64,000 nt of DNA. Source: Anaerolineaceae bacterium. GTDB lineage: Bacteria; Chloroflexota; Anaerolineae; Anaerolineales; Anaerolineaceae. Below, piece after piece: positions 53,389 to 62,364 of the stretch. How positions within the stretch are numbered: the first letter of the stretch is position 1; every line of letters begins with the position of its first letter. The stretch lies in assembly GCA_049657925.1 (NCBI GenBank), contig JBASOE010000112.1, forward strand, positions 347 through 64,346, read 5' to 3'. A program made the translations under genes and the position numbers. Below the pieces are notes generated by a model, which saw nothing but the letters and a program-made list of their open reading frames with translations, had not been told where the DNA came from and made no database searches.

Positions 53389-54474
53389 TTGAATTTGGCA
53401 ATTTTCAATCCTATCAACTGGTTGTTGGGTTTATTTTCACTCGACCTGGGTATTGACCTGGGCACTGCCAACACACTGGTCAACGTCAAAGGTAAAGGCA
53501 TCATCATCAACGAACCCTCCTGGGTGGCGATTGATAAGCGCACGCGCGAACCCCTGAAAATCGGAGCTGCAGCCAAGGCTATGGTCGGGCGTGCTCCGGC
53601 GAATGTGGTTACATTACGTCCGCTTCGTGATGGTGTTATTTCCGAATACGACATTACCCAGGCGATGCTTGAATATTTTATAGGGAAGGCGCACCAACAC
53701 TCGATTGTTATTTTTCCACGTTCCAGGGTTGTAGTGGGTATACCTTCAGGCGCGACTGAAGTCGAGAAACGTGCTGTCTACGACGCCGCCATGAGTGCTG
53801 GGGCGCGTGAGGCCTATATGATCCAAGAGCCAGCTGCAGCCGCGATCGGAGCGGGCCTGCCGATCAACGAAGGTTTTGGAAACATGATCGTCGACATTGG
53901 CGGTGGGACAACAGAAGTGGCGGTTATTTCATTAGGCGGCATTGTAATCTCTCGCTCTTTGCGCGTAGCCGGAGATGAGTTGGATCAGGATATTATTGAG
54001 TATATCCGCTCAAAATACAATCTGTTTATTGGTGAGCAGATGGCAGAAAAGGTCAAGATAGCCATCGGATCCGCCTATCCCCTCAAGGAAGAAAAAACAG
54101 TGGATGTCAGAGGTCGTAACCTGATTACTGGCCTGCCAGAATCGCTTGAGATTTCTTCCGTTGAAATCCGTGAGGCTCTATCTGCCTCGGTGCAGGTGAT
54201 CGTTGATACCATTAAAGATGCCCTGGACGAATCACCACCAGAGATTCTTTCTGACTTGATGGATAACGGCATTTGCCTGGCGGGTGGTACAGCTCAATTA
54301 CAGGGTCTGGTGGAGAGGCTCGCCAATGAAATTCGTGTCAGGGTCTGGGTAGCTGAGGACCCAATGACTTGTGTTGCCAGAGGGTGTGGTCTGGTTCTGG
54401 ATAATTTGGAAGAATACGAGCAATTGCTTGTTGGCATTGAGCGGGATCCTTATTCAACAATCTCCGGGAACTAA
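53389..54474 (+). CDS. mreB: Rod-shape-determining protein MreB
   Basis: DLGIDLGTANTLV, EPAAAAIGAGL, DIGGGTTEVAV and CLAGGTAQLQGL. TTG start after ggag. Confidence 0.95.
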   Translation: MNLAIFNPINWLLGLFSLDLGIDLGTANTLVNVKGKGIIINEPSWVAIDKRTREPLKIGAAAKAMVGRAPANVVTLRPLRDGVISEYDITQAMLEYFIGKAHQHSIVIFPRSRVVVGIPSGATEVEKRAVYDAAMSAGAREAYMIQEPAAAAIGAGLPINEGFGNMIVDIGGGTTEVAVISLGGIVISRSLRVAGDELDQDIIEYIRSKYNLFIGEQMAEKVKIAIGSAYPLKEEKTVDVRGRNLITGLPESLEISSVEIREALSASVQVIVDTIKDALDESPPEILSDLMDNGICLAGGTAQLQGLVERLANEIRVRVWVAEDPMTCVARGCGLVLDNLEEYEQLLVGIERDPYSTISGN

Positions 54475-54483
54475 ACGCCACCA

Positions 54484-54501
54484 CAGGCAAAATTTTGCCT
54501 G
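54484..54501. other. Perfect 18-bp palindrome between mreB and mreC
   Basis: caggcaaaattttgcctg. It would form a 7-bp stem with a 4-nt loop as RNA. No U-tract follows. Confidence 0.5.
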
Positions 54502-54519
54502 CCAGTAGGACTCAAAGCA

Positions 54520-55356
54520 ATGCAAAAACTATTCACCGCAAAAATCTTACGCAATTTAATCATCAGCATCGTGGTGGTTGGTTTATTGTTGCTGGCTATT
54601 TCTGGCTATCTGACACCCATTTTTAGTTTTTCACTCACGCCATTGATTTCAACGCAAAGCTGGTTATCCCAACGTTACTCGGCTTTTAGCGATTTCTTCA
54701 ACTCACCCAGGGATATGGCAGAGCTGCGCCTGCGTAATGCCGAACTCGAAAACGAGGTGGCGCAACTACAAAGTCAGGTGGTGGCGCTTCAGGAAAATCT
54801 TAGCCAGTCGCGCATCCTTGAAACCTTGTTTGATTTTGCGCGCACGAACCCTCAGTACGAATATTTGGCGGCAACCGTGATTGGTCGGGAAATTAACCCT
54901 TTCCAGCAATATGTCATTATCGACAAAGGCACTAATCATGGCATCCTGCATGGCATGCCTGTAGTTACTCAAAAAGGGTTAGTGGGTCGGATTGATCGGG
55001 TAATCGCCACTGCGGCACGCATTCAATTGATTAGTGATGCAAACTCAGTGGTGAATGTGCGTTTGCAGAATGCTACAGTAGAGGCACAGGTTGATGGTTC
55101 TCTGACAGGTGAAATCACGCTTGAAATGGTTCCTCAGGAAGCTGATGTGCAAGCAGGTGAGGTTTTATTAACTTCTGGTTTGGGTGGTACCTATCCGCCT
55201 AACATCTTTGTCGGCCAGGTTCTCACCATGCAGTCCAGAGAGAATGCTATGTTCCAAAGCGGGTCCGTTCAGCCAATGGTTGACTTTGGAACACTAAGCG
55301 CGGTGCTGGTGATTACTAATTTTAACCAGGTGGATATCACACCATTGTTGCCATGA
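54520..55356 (+). CDS. mreC: Rod-shape-determining protein MreC
   Basis: N-terminal TM helix, coiled coil (LRNAELENEVAQLQSQVVALQ), then GMPVVTQKGLVGRIDRV...LLTSGLGGTYPPNIFVGQV. Confidence 0.85.
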   Translation: MQKLFTAKILRNLIISIVVVGLLLLAISGYLTPIFSFSLTPLISTQSWLSQRYSAFSDFFNSPRDMAELRLRNAELENEVAQLQSQVVALQENLSQSRILETLFDFARTNPQYEYLAATVIGREINPFQQYVIIDKGTNHGILHGMPVVTQKGLVGRIDRVIATAARIQLISDANSVVNVRLQNATVEAQVDGSLTGEITLEMVPQEADVQAGEVLLTSGLGGTYPPNIFVGQVLTMQSRENAMFQSGSVQPMVDFGTLSAVLVITNFNQVDITPLLP

Positions 55357-55363
55357 GGCAGGC

Positions 55364-55867
55364 ATGTTACCTTATTTAGTCAGTGCCATTGGGTTCGTGG
55401 TTGCGTTTATGCTCCAGTACGGCGTAGTCAGTCGTACGACCATGCTTAGTGGAGCAGCAGATTTGATTTTGTTATTTGTTGCGGCTTGGAGCCTGCATGA
55501 GCACAACAAACGCATGTGGATCCTGGTTTTATTATTTGCCAGCTTCGTTGGTTTTGTTTCGGCGACGCCGTTCTTTGTACCCATCTTGGTCTATTTAGGC
55601 ATTTTTCTGTTATCAAAAATATTGAATATCTGGGTATGGCGGACTCCATTGCTGGCAATGTTCCTCTTGACCTTCGTTGGCACACTTTTCCAGCATGTGT
55701 TATATCTAATCGTGCTATGGGTGACGGAAACCCCATTTGACTGGGGACAGGCTTTCGCCAATGTCACCTTGCCGAGTATCTTGCTAAATATGCTGCTCGC
55801 AATTCCGGTGCACGCATTAGTGCAGGAAATGGCACGATCTGTCTACCCGGCAGGATTGGAAACATGA
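55364..55867 (+). CDS. mreD: Rod-shape-determining protein MreD
   Basis: 167 aa with about five TM helices, in the conserved position after mreC. Confidence 0.68.
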   Translation: MLPYLVSAIGFVVAFMLQYGVVSRTTMLSGAADLILLFVAAWSLHEHNKRMWILVLLFASFVGFVSATPFFVPILVYLGIFLLSKILNIWVWRTPLLAMFLLTFVGTLFQHVLYLIVLWVTETPFDWGQAFANVTLPSILLNMLLAIPVHALVQEMARSVYPAGLET

Positions 55868-57963
55868 ACGCAACACGTTATGAGAAACCAACTATTGATT
55901 TGAAACGCTTTAAATGGGTGTTTGTTACGTTAGGGATTATTTTTGCCTACTATGCATTCCAGTTGTTCCAGTACCAGATTGTGAATGGGGCTGACTATGT
56001 CGCCCAGGCCGAAGATAACCGCACTACCGTCATCAGTGATCCAACCGAGAGAGGCATGATCCTTGATCGCAATGGAATTGTTTTGGCTCGCAACACGCCT
56101 TCTTACAATGTCACAATCACCCCGGCCCAATTGCCAGACCCTGACGATAACCCGGGTGATCGCTATCGCATTCTGAGCGAGCTGGCTGCAACGATCAACG
56201 TTCCCCTAAGCGCAGGTATTTACAACGAAGAAACTGCCAGGGGTTTTACACCTTGCGCGACTGATTTTGGCATCCAGGAAATCGTGGAAATCGCCTCTAC
56301 CAACTGGCCATACCTCCCGACACGGATCCGCTGTAACATCCCGCGTGATATGGCGTTGGTGGTTCGGGAAAAAGCCATGGACTGGCCAGGCGTGGCGATC
56401 GAAGTCGAATCCATCAGGGAATATCCAACTGGCATTAACACTTCGGAAGTAATAGGTTTTCTTGGACCGGTCCCTGAAGCATTGTTGGACTATTATACTG
56501 AGTTAGGATTTGTCTCGGGTCGTGATAAGGTGGGTTATGCGGGCATCGAAAACAGCATGCAAGATGTGCTGGGAGGTAGCAACGGTCAACGTGTTGTCGA
56601 AGTGGCTGTCGACGGTCAGGTTATCCGCAATTTGGAAGAGCCTATTCCACCCCAACCCGGCGCAAATGTCTATCTTACGATAGACGCCAGATTGCAGGAG
56701 GCTGCCCGGACGGCTCTTAAGAGTAATTTTGATTACTGGAATACCCGCGCGGGTCATATCCTAAGTGAGAGTGGCGTTGTAATTGCCATGAACCCAAAAA
56801 CGGGTGAGATCCTGGCCATGGTTAATGAACCAAGTTTCGAGAATAATCGCATGTCGCGTTTCATTCCAGGTTATTACTATAATCAACTCTCTATTGATGA
56901 AGCAAAACCGATGCTTAACAAGGCGATTTCTTCTGAATTACCGCCCGGTTCGGTCTATAAGCTGGTTTCCGCGCTTGGCGTGCTTAATGAAGGGGTTGTA
57001 ACTCCCGAGCAAACGATAGAAGACCCGGGCACGATCTATTTGAAGCAGAGTTTCCTGGCTAATGACCCTGGCAGTTTAAGAGAATACGTGTGTTGGACGG
57101 CTGATGCAGGTGGGCATGGATCGGTGGATTATTTGCACGGGATTGCCTGGTCCTGCAATATTTATTGGTACAAAGTTGGCGGTGGATATCAGGACGAGGT
57201 GCCCGGCAATGGATTGGGTATTATGCGCATGGATGAATACGCCCGCGCCCTGGGTTATGGTCAGTTGACCAACATTGAATTACCTGGCGAAGCAGACGGT
57301 CTCGTGCCGAGCCCTGACTGGAAACGATTCAATATTGGTGAAAACTGGGCGACTGGTGATACCTATTTGGCCGCGGTGGGTCAAGGTTTTGTGCTGGCAA
57401 CCCCCCTTCAGGTGGTCAACTCGATAGCGACGATAGCCAACGGTGGTGAGCACATGCAGGTTACCTTGGTCAATCGAATTGTCGAACCAGACGGCACGGT
57501 TGTTAAAGAATTGGAGCCAACAGTGCTTTGGGACATCACCAAAGATCCCAAAATTCACACCATCGACGGCAACCAGGTGCTGGATGAGGTCAAAACCGTG
57601 CAACCCTGGATTATTGAACTTGCCAAGCGCGGTATGGAAATGGTCACTGAGACTGGTGGGACGGCAGCGCGTGAGTTTGAGGACTATGAAGGCGATGTGG
57701 CTGGCAAAACGGGCACGGCGGAATACTGTGATGACTTTGCTTTAAGTTTGAAGTTATGTGGTGAAGGCATCAATACCTGGCCGGCGCATGCCTGGTTTGT
57801 TGGTTATGAACCAGCAGATGATCCAGATATTGTTGTGGTTGCTTTTGTGTACAATGGTCGTGAGGGCTCCACTTTCTCCGCGCCAATTGTCGCAAAAGTA
57901 TTGGACACCTGGAAGCAACTAAAAGAGATCGATGCAGCCAAGGCTGTCCCAGTAACTGAATAA
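55864..57963 (+). CDS. mrdA: Penicillin-binding protein 2 (class B, elongasome transpeptidase), all catalytic motifs intact
   Basis: SxxK is PPGSVYK, SxN is AWSCN, and KTG is AGKTGTAE. The N-terminal TM helix and pedestal region include ERGMILDRNGIVLA. Confidence 0.9.
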   Translation: MNATRYEKPTIDLKRFKWVFVTLGIIFAYYAFQLFQYQIVNGADYVAQAEDNRTTVISDPTERGMILDRNGIVLARNTPSYNVTITPAQLPDPDDNPGDRYRILSELAATINVPLSAGIYNEETARGFTPCATDFGIQEIVEIASTNWPYLPTRIRCNIPRDMALVVREKAMDWPGVAIEVESIREYPTGINTSEVIGFLGPVPEALLDYYTELGFVSGRDKVGYAGIENSMQDVLGGSNGQRVVEVAVDGQVIRNLEEPIPPQPGANVYLTIDARLQEAARTALKSNFDYWNTRAGHILSESGVVIAMNPKTGEILAMVNEPSFENNRMSRFIPGYYYNQLSIDEAKPMLNKAISSELPPGSVYKLVSALGVLNEGVVTPEQTIEDPGTIYLKQSFLANDPGSLREYVCWTADAGGHGSVDYLHGIAWSCNIYWYKVGGGYQDEVPGNGLGIMRMDEYARALGYGQLTNIELPGEADGLVPSPDWKRFNIGENWATGDTYLAAVGQGFVLATPLQVVNSIATIANGGEHMQVTLVNRIVEPDGTVVKELEPTVLWDITKDPKIHTIDGNQVLDEVKTVQPWIIELAKRGMEMVTETGGTAAREFEDYEGDVAGKTGTAEYCDDFALSLKLCGEGINTWPAHAWFVGYEPADDPDIVVVAFVYNGREGSTFSAPIVAKVLDTWKQLKEIDAAKAVPVTE

Positions 57964-57968
57964 AAACT

Positions 57969-58652
57969 ATGACAGAGTCTGAATTGATTATCAAGGGGAT
58001 CAAGTCGGGGGTCTTGATGACATTACCTGAAGAGCGCTGGACGAGGCAGCATGATGTCTTGATCAAGCACCTTCAAACCCAGGAGAGGTTTTTCAAGGGC
58101 GGTCGAATCGCGCTGGATGTGGGGAACACAGAATGGAAACTTGAGGCACTACGCGGTCTCTTGCGCGACGTGGGAGACGAGGGTGTTTGCTTGTGGGCAG
58201 TCCTAAGCACGAATCCAGTGACTTCACAGGCTGCAGAAGCACTTGAATTAGCCACCAAGGTAAGACCCGACAACGATGTAGAACCCCTTACCGCACCCGC
58301 AGCACAAGAATCTGCCACACTCTGGTTATCTGACTTGTCAGAGAGAAGCTCGTCGGAAGAATGGGATGGTAACCTGATATTGCTTGGGGACTTGCCTGCT
58401 GACGCTACGATTCAAATCACTGGGAACCTGGTGATCTGGGGCAAGGCGATGGGTACAATCCATTTTGGGACGAAGGAACCAAGCCAGAGTCAGCTGAGAA
58501 TTTTGTCTTGTGAGAATCCGACCATCTATCTGAACCATGAATTGGTAGATCTCCCGAAGAAACTACGCAAAGGTCAGGCGATTAGTGTGCACATAGTTGA
58601 GGGTCGGGTCGTTGTTGAAACAGACCTGAAGGGTGGATTCAGGCTGATATGA
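57969..58652 (+). CDS. minC: MinC-like septum-site-determining protein
   Basis: N-terminus IKGIKSGVLMTL...FFKGGRIALDV. C-terminal beta-helix repeat GNLILLGDLPADATIQITGNLVIWGKAMGTIHFG. Confidence 0.68.
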   Translation: MTESELIIKGIKSGVLMTLPEERWTRQHDVLIKHLQTQERFFKGGRIALDVGNTEWKLEALRGLLRDVGDEGVCLWAVLSTNPVTSQAAEALELATKVRPDNDVEPLTAPAAQESATLWLSDLSERSSSEEWDGNLILLGDLPADATIQITGNLVIWGKAMGTIHFGTKEPSQSQLRILSCENPTIYLNHELVDLPKKLRKGQAISVHIVEGRVVVETDLKGGFRLI

Positions 58653-59785
58653 ACACTAAAGACATCTGGAAACGCTTTGACATCCCACTGTTTGCAGCAG
58701 TATTACTGTTGTGCATTTTTGGAATTGCACTGATCAGCTCAGCCATCGCTGGCAACCCAACGCTCGTGGACCATCCACAAAGACAGGCAACTTTTATGAT
58801 GGTAGGGTTGGTGATCTTATTCCTGGTTGCTGCGCTTGATTATCACGTCTGGATGACGCTTACCAAGCCGCTCTACATCATCACTGCCATCTTCCTCATC
58901 TTTGTGTTTGTTAGCGGTCAATCCAGCTTTGGCGCACAGCGCTGGCTGCAGGTCGGTTTGTTGGTGGTTCAGCCGGCTGAGTTGGCCAAGTTGGTCATCA
59001 TTATGGCTTTGGCTGAATTCCTGGCCAAGCACATCACCGAGATCAACAATTGGTGGATCATCGGACGCAGCTTCGTACTTATGCTTGGCATTGTTCTATG
59101 GATTCTGTTGCAACCCAACCTCTCAACCAGCATTGTGATCATCGTCATTTGGGCGTTGATGGTGTGGATTAGTGGACTCAAAACCAAGCAAATTCTCATT
59201 GCCGGGGCCATTTTGATCGCTTTTATTGGCATATCTTACGCGACCGACTTTCCGTACCTGGTTGATTACCAAAAAGGACGCATAGAAAACTTTTTCAATC
59301 GACCCACTGATGAGGAAGCTCGCTACGGGGACACTTACAACGTTGACCAGGCGCTGATCAGCATTGGTTCAGGTGGTTGGTTTGGACAAGGTTACGGGCA
59401 GGGTTCACAGGTTCAACTGCGTTTTCTAAAAATCCGACATAACGATTTTATCTTCTCGGTATTGGCTAACGAATTCGGCTTTGTAGGCACAGTTGTCGTC
59501 ATTGGACTCCTGGTTTTTGTGATCATTCGCTGCTTTGTGGTGGCGAAGAATGCTCCGGATGCCTACGGAGCTCTACTGGCGTATGGATTTGCCGTGTTGA
59601 TGGGTTTTCAGACGATCGTGAATGTCGGGGTAAATCTGCGTCTGCTGCCGGTTACCGGCCTGACATTGCCTTTTATTAGCTATGGGGGTTCCTCAATCGT
59701 TTCGCTGTTGATGGGTATCGGGCTGGTTCAGAACGTGCGCATGCGCACGGATGACCGGAGAAAACTGGATAATCCAGCCAGTTAA
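58649..59785 (+). CDS. rodA: SEDS peptidoglycan glycosyltransferase RodA
   Basis: QPAELAKL, HNDFIFSVLANEFGFVG and LPFISYGGSS. Confidence 0.9.
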   Translation: MNTKDIWKRFDIPLFAAVLLLCIFGIALISSAIAGNPTLVDHPQRQATFMMVGLVILFLVAALDYHVWMTLTKPLYIITAIFLIFVFVSGQSSFGAQRWLQVGLLVVQPAELAKLVIIMALAEFLAKHITEINNWWIIGRSFVLMLGIVLWILLQPNLSTSIVIIVIWALMVWISGLKTKQILIAGAILIAFIGISYATDFPYLVDYQKGRIENFFNRPTDEEARYGDTYNVDQALISIGSGGWFGQGYGQGSQVQLRFLKIRHNDFIFSVLANEFGFVGTVVVIGLLVFVIIRCFVVAKNAPDAYGALLAYGFAVLMGFQTIVNVGVNLRLLPVTGLTLPFISYGGSSIVSLLMGIGLVQNVRMRTDDRRKLDNPAS

Positions 59786-59809
59786 TGGCTCGTGCACGGC
59801 AAAATTTGC

Positions 59810-59838
59810 TTGCGAAGTTATGGAGTGTGCGGTAAAAT
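59810..59838 (+). promoter_or_regulatory. Candidate sigma70 promoter of tRNA-Gln (TTGCGA, 17-nt spacer, TAAAAT)
   Basis: The -35 is at 59810-59815 and the -10 at 59833-59838, 16 nt upstream of the mature tRNA 5' end. Confidence 0.5.
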
Positions 59839-59854
59839 GCACTTCCCAATCAAT

Positions 59855-59925
59855 TGGGGGCTCGTCTAATGGCAGGACAGCAGACTCTGAATCTGTATGT
59901 AGAGGTTCGACTCCTTTGCCCCCAG
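59855..59925 (+). tRNA. tRNA-Gln (anticodon CUG)
   Basis: Hand-folded cloverleaf. Acceptor TGGGGGC/GCCCCCA with a U1:A72 pair and G73 discriminator. D arm GTCT-AATGGCA-GGAC. Anticodon arm GCAGA-CTCTGAA-TCTGT. T arm AGAGG-TTCGACT-CCTTT. CCA is not encoded. Confidence 0.9.
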
Positions 59926-59930
59926 CTCAA

Positions 59931-59958
59931 CAACCCCGCACAAGCGGGGTTGTGATTT
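59931..59958 (+). terminator. Hairpin terminator after tRNA-Gln
   Basis: Stem caaccccgc/gcggggttg, loop acaa, then a short T-tract. Confidence 0.6.
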
Positions 59959-60008
59959 AACTGCCCTACAGGAAAGCTTCTGGATCTGAAACCACTTATA
60001 ATTGGGCA

Positions 60009-61592
60009 ATGGATTCAAAATCTCAAGAAACCATTTCGTCAACAGACCATTATCTGTGGTTAGCTGTTTTCATTACTGGCGTTTGCACCATGGCGGTCGA
60101 GTTTGGGGCATCACGTTTGCTAGGCAATGTGTTTGGCACCAGTAATTTGGTGTGGGCGGTGGTAATCGGGTTGGTATTGGTCTACCTGACGCTTGGCAAC
60201 TGGCTGGGGGGTAAATATGCGGATAAGTATCCCGATTTCGCGCATTTTTTCGGCATTATTGCTATGGCTGGCGTCTTCACTGCGGTTGTGCCAATCATTT
60301 CCCGTTCATTGCTTAGCCGATCAGCAGATGCCTTCGATCAACTTGATCTACCCATCCTGGTGGGAACTTTTATCGTCGTGCTGGTGCTATTTATCATTCC
60401 GATTACGCTGCTTGGCATGGCAACCCCTTTTGCTCTGAAACTCAGTATAAAGAACACCGACAAGACGGGATCGATGAGCGGGAGACTCTCGGCAATCTCG
60501 ACTGTTGGTTCTTTTGTAGGCACTTTTCTAACAGTCCTGGTGCTGATCCCGTGGATCGGGACTTACCGCACGTTTCTTATTGCCAGTTTGATGCTGTTGG
60601 CAGTTGCCTTGCCTGGATTATATAAATACGCCAAGCGAGCCGTTTTTGTGGCTTTTTTGGTCTTGACTGTTCTCGTAGTTGTAGCGATGGGTTTGGGACA
60701 ACAAGGGCTCATCAAGAACACCGCAGGCATGATTTATGAAGCTGAATCAGCTTATAACTATATTCAGGTGTTGGAGGAGGGCGGTTATCGCTTTCTGCGC
60801 TTGAACGAGGGTCAAGGTATGCACAGCATATGGCACGCAGACCAATATTATTTTGGCGGACCTTGGTCGCAACCGCTGGTGGCAACCTTCTTCAATGACC
60901 CGGTCTTGGACCCAACAAATGTGGAAAAAATTGCCATACTCGGCTTGGCTGGCGGTACCACTGCCCGGCAAGCTTCGTTGGCTTATCCTGATGCGCAAGT
61001 AGATGGATGGGAGATTGACCCTGATATCATTCGCGTAGGCGAGGAATGGTTTGGAATGGACCTCCCCAATCTAAACGCGGTCGCCGAAGACGCGCGCTGG
61101 GGCATCAGCCACAGCGAAACGCTATACGATGTGATCAGTATAGATGCCTATCGACCCCCATACATTCCGCCTCATATGGTCACTGTGGAGTTCTTTGCCG
61201 AAGTCGCCAAACATCTTACCGATAAAGGTGCCATTGCGATCAACGTCGGCCGCAGCCCTGATGACCGATCGCTACTTAATGCCATGACCAGCACGGTTGC
61301 TGTAATCTTTCCGAATGTATTTGTGATGGATATTCCGGATTCCTACAATTCCGTTTTATTTGCTACCAAAAGCTACGCCAGCAGCTGGGCGAATTTTCAA
61401 AAGAACCTTGAATCAGTTCAGTCCGCTCAGCCCGGTGGTTTGCTTGACCTGACTGGGCAATTGACATTGGAAGGTAAAGCCAAGCCGAAAATCTCGACAC
61501 TTGTGTTTACTGACGATCAAGCACCGATCGAGGCAATAACGAACCGTATGGTGCTCAACTTTTTAAGCGATGACAGCAAGGAGTTTGAATGA
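60009..61592 (+). CDS. Membrane-fused spermidine-synthase-like aminopropyltransferase or methyltransferase
   Basis: About 7 N-terminal TM helices, then YNYIQVLEEGGYRFLRLNEGQGMHS, ILGLAGGTTARQ and DAYRPPYIPPHMVTVEFF (spermidine synthase fold). Confidence 0.78.
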   Translation: MDSKSQETISSTDHYLWLAVFITGVCTMAVEFGASRLLGNVFGTSNLVWAVVIGLVLVYLTLGNWLGGKYADKYPDFAHFFGIIAMAGVFTAVVPIISRSLLSRSADAFDQLDLPILVGTFIVVLVLFIIPITLLGMATPFALKLSIKNTDKTGSMSGRLSAISTVGSFVGTFLTVLVLIPWIGTYRTFLIASLMLLAVALPGLYKYAKRAVFVAFLVLTVLVVVAMGLGQQGLIKNTAGMIYEAESAYNYIQVLEEGGYRFLRLNEGQGMHSIWHADQYYFGGPWSQPLVATFFNDPVLDPTNVEKIAILGLAGGTTARQASLAYPDAQVDGWEIDPDIIRVGEEWFGMDLPNLNAVAEDARWGISHSETLYDVISIDAYRPPYIPPHMVTVEFFAEVAKHLTDKGAIAINVGRSPDDRSLLNAMTSTVAVIFPNVFVMDIPDSYNSVLFATKSYASSWANFQKNLESVQSAQPGGLLDLTGQLTLEGKAKPKISTLVFTDDQAPIEAITNRMVLNFLSDDSKEFE

Positions 61593-62284
61593 AAGTCAAC
61601 ATTAACAAGGTATTTGCAGCAATCATTGCCTTACTTATCCCATTTATTATCCTGATGGGTGGAGTCAGGCTGATTATGACCCCAACCTTTCCTGCTCTGG
61701 AGTATAAACGTGCGGGTTTTCCGATGGATGATTATGGTTTTGACCCAGTTGATCGAACGAAATGGTCCGCGTTTGCAGTGAATTACCTCACCAACGATGA
61801 GGATATCAATTATTTGGGAGATTTACAGGACACTAACGGCAATAAATTATTCCGAGCTGAAGAACTCACCCACATGGAAGATGTTAAGCGCGTAGTCAAA
61901 GGCTCACTTTTCATCTGGTATGTGGCGTGCGGCATTTTGTTTGGTTTGACAGTGTGGCTGTTGGTGCAGAAAGCCTGGCGGGAGTTTCGCTTGGGATATC
62001 GATCAGGAGCCTGGATCACTCTAAGTTTGATGGCGGTGATGATTGCCTATCTGGCCATCAATTTCAACCAATTGTTTGATCAATTTCATCGCGTTTTCTT
62101 TACCGAAGGTTCGTGGTTGTTCTACCCTACTGACACCTTGATCAGGTTGTTTCCTATGGTTTTTTGGCGCGACGCTTTCTTGTTAGTAGGAGGATTCACT
62201 CTATTGCTTGCGATTGTGATCCTCTTTATTACTAAACGAAAAACACGAAGCAAAAATTCCAGTGCGGAAAAAATGAATTCTTAA
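61589..62284 (+). CDS. TIGR01906/DUF1461-like integral membrane protein (the family that includes the lipoprotein intramolecular transacylase Lit)
   Basis: Four TM helices, and FRAEELTHMEDVKRVV in the first loop. ATGA overlap with the upstream gene. Confidence 0.55.
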   Translation: MKVNINKVFAAIIALLIPFIILMGGVRLIMTPTFPALEYKRAGFPMDDYGFDPVDRTKWSAFAVNYLTNDEDINYLGDLQDTNGNKLFRAEELTHMEDVKRVVKGSLFIWYVACGILFGLTVWLLVQKAWREFRLGYRSGAWITLSLMAVMIAYLAINFNQLFDQFHRVFFTEGSWLFYPTDTLIRLFPMVFWRDAFLLVGGFTLLLAIVILFITKRKTRSKNSSAEKMNS

Positions 62285-62314
62285 GTCAAGCAGAAACAAA
62301 TGATCTTATAGAAT

Positions 62315-62351
62315 AAAAACAGACCGCTTCACAACCAGCGGTCTGTTTTTA
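62315..62351. terminator. Bidirectional rho-independent terminator
   Basis: aaaaacagaccgct/agcggtctgttttt: a 9-bp GC-rich stem flanked by A5 and T5. Confidence 0.85.
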
Positions 62352-62364
62352 TTTGAATTAATGT

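Noticed and set aside
59855-59925. tRNA-Gln as an integration hotspot marking a genomic island
   Set aside because: I found no integrase, no direct repeat of the tRNA 3' end downstream, and the flanking genes are housekeeping.
59751-59960. 69-aa ORF in the ORF track
   Set aside because: It overlaps the end of rodA, the whole tRNA-Gln gene and its terminator. The tRNA cloverleaf explains the sequence.
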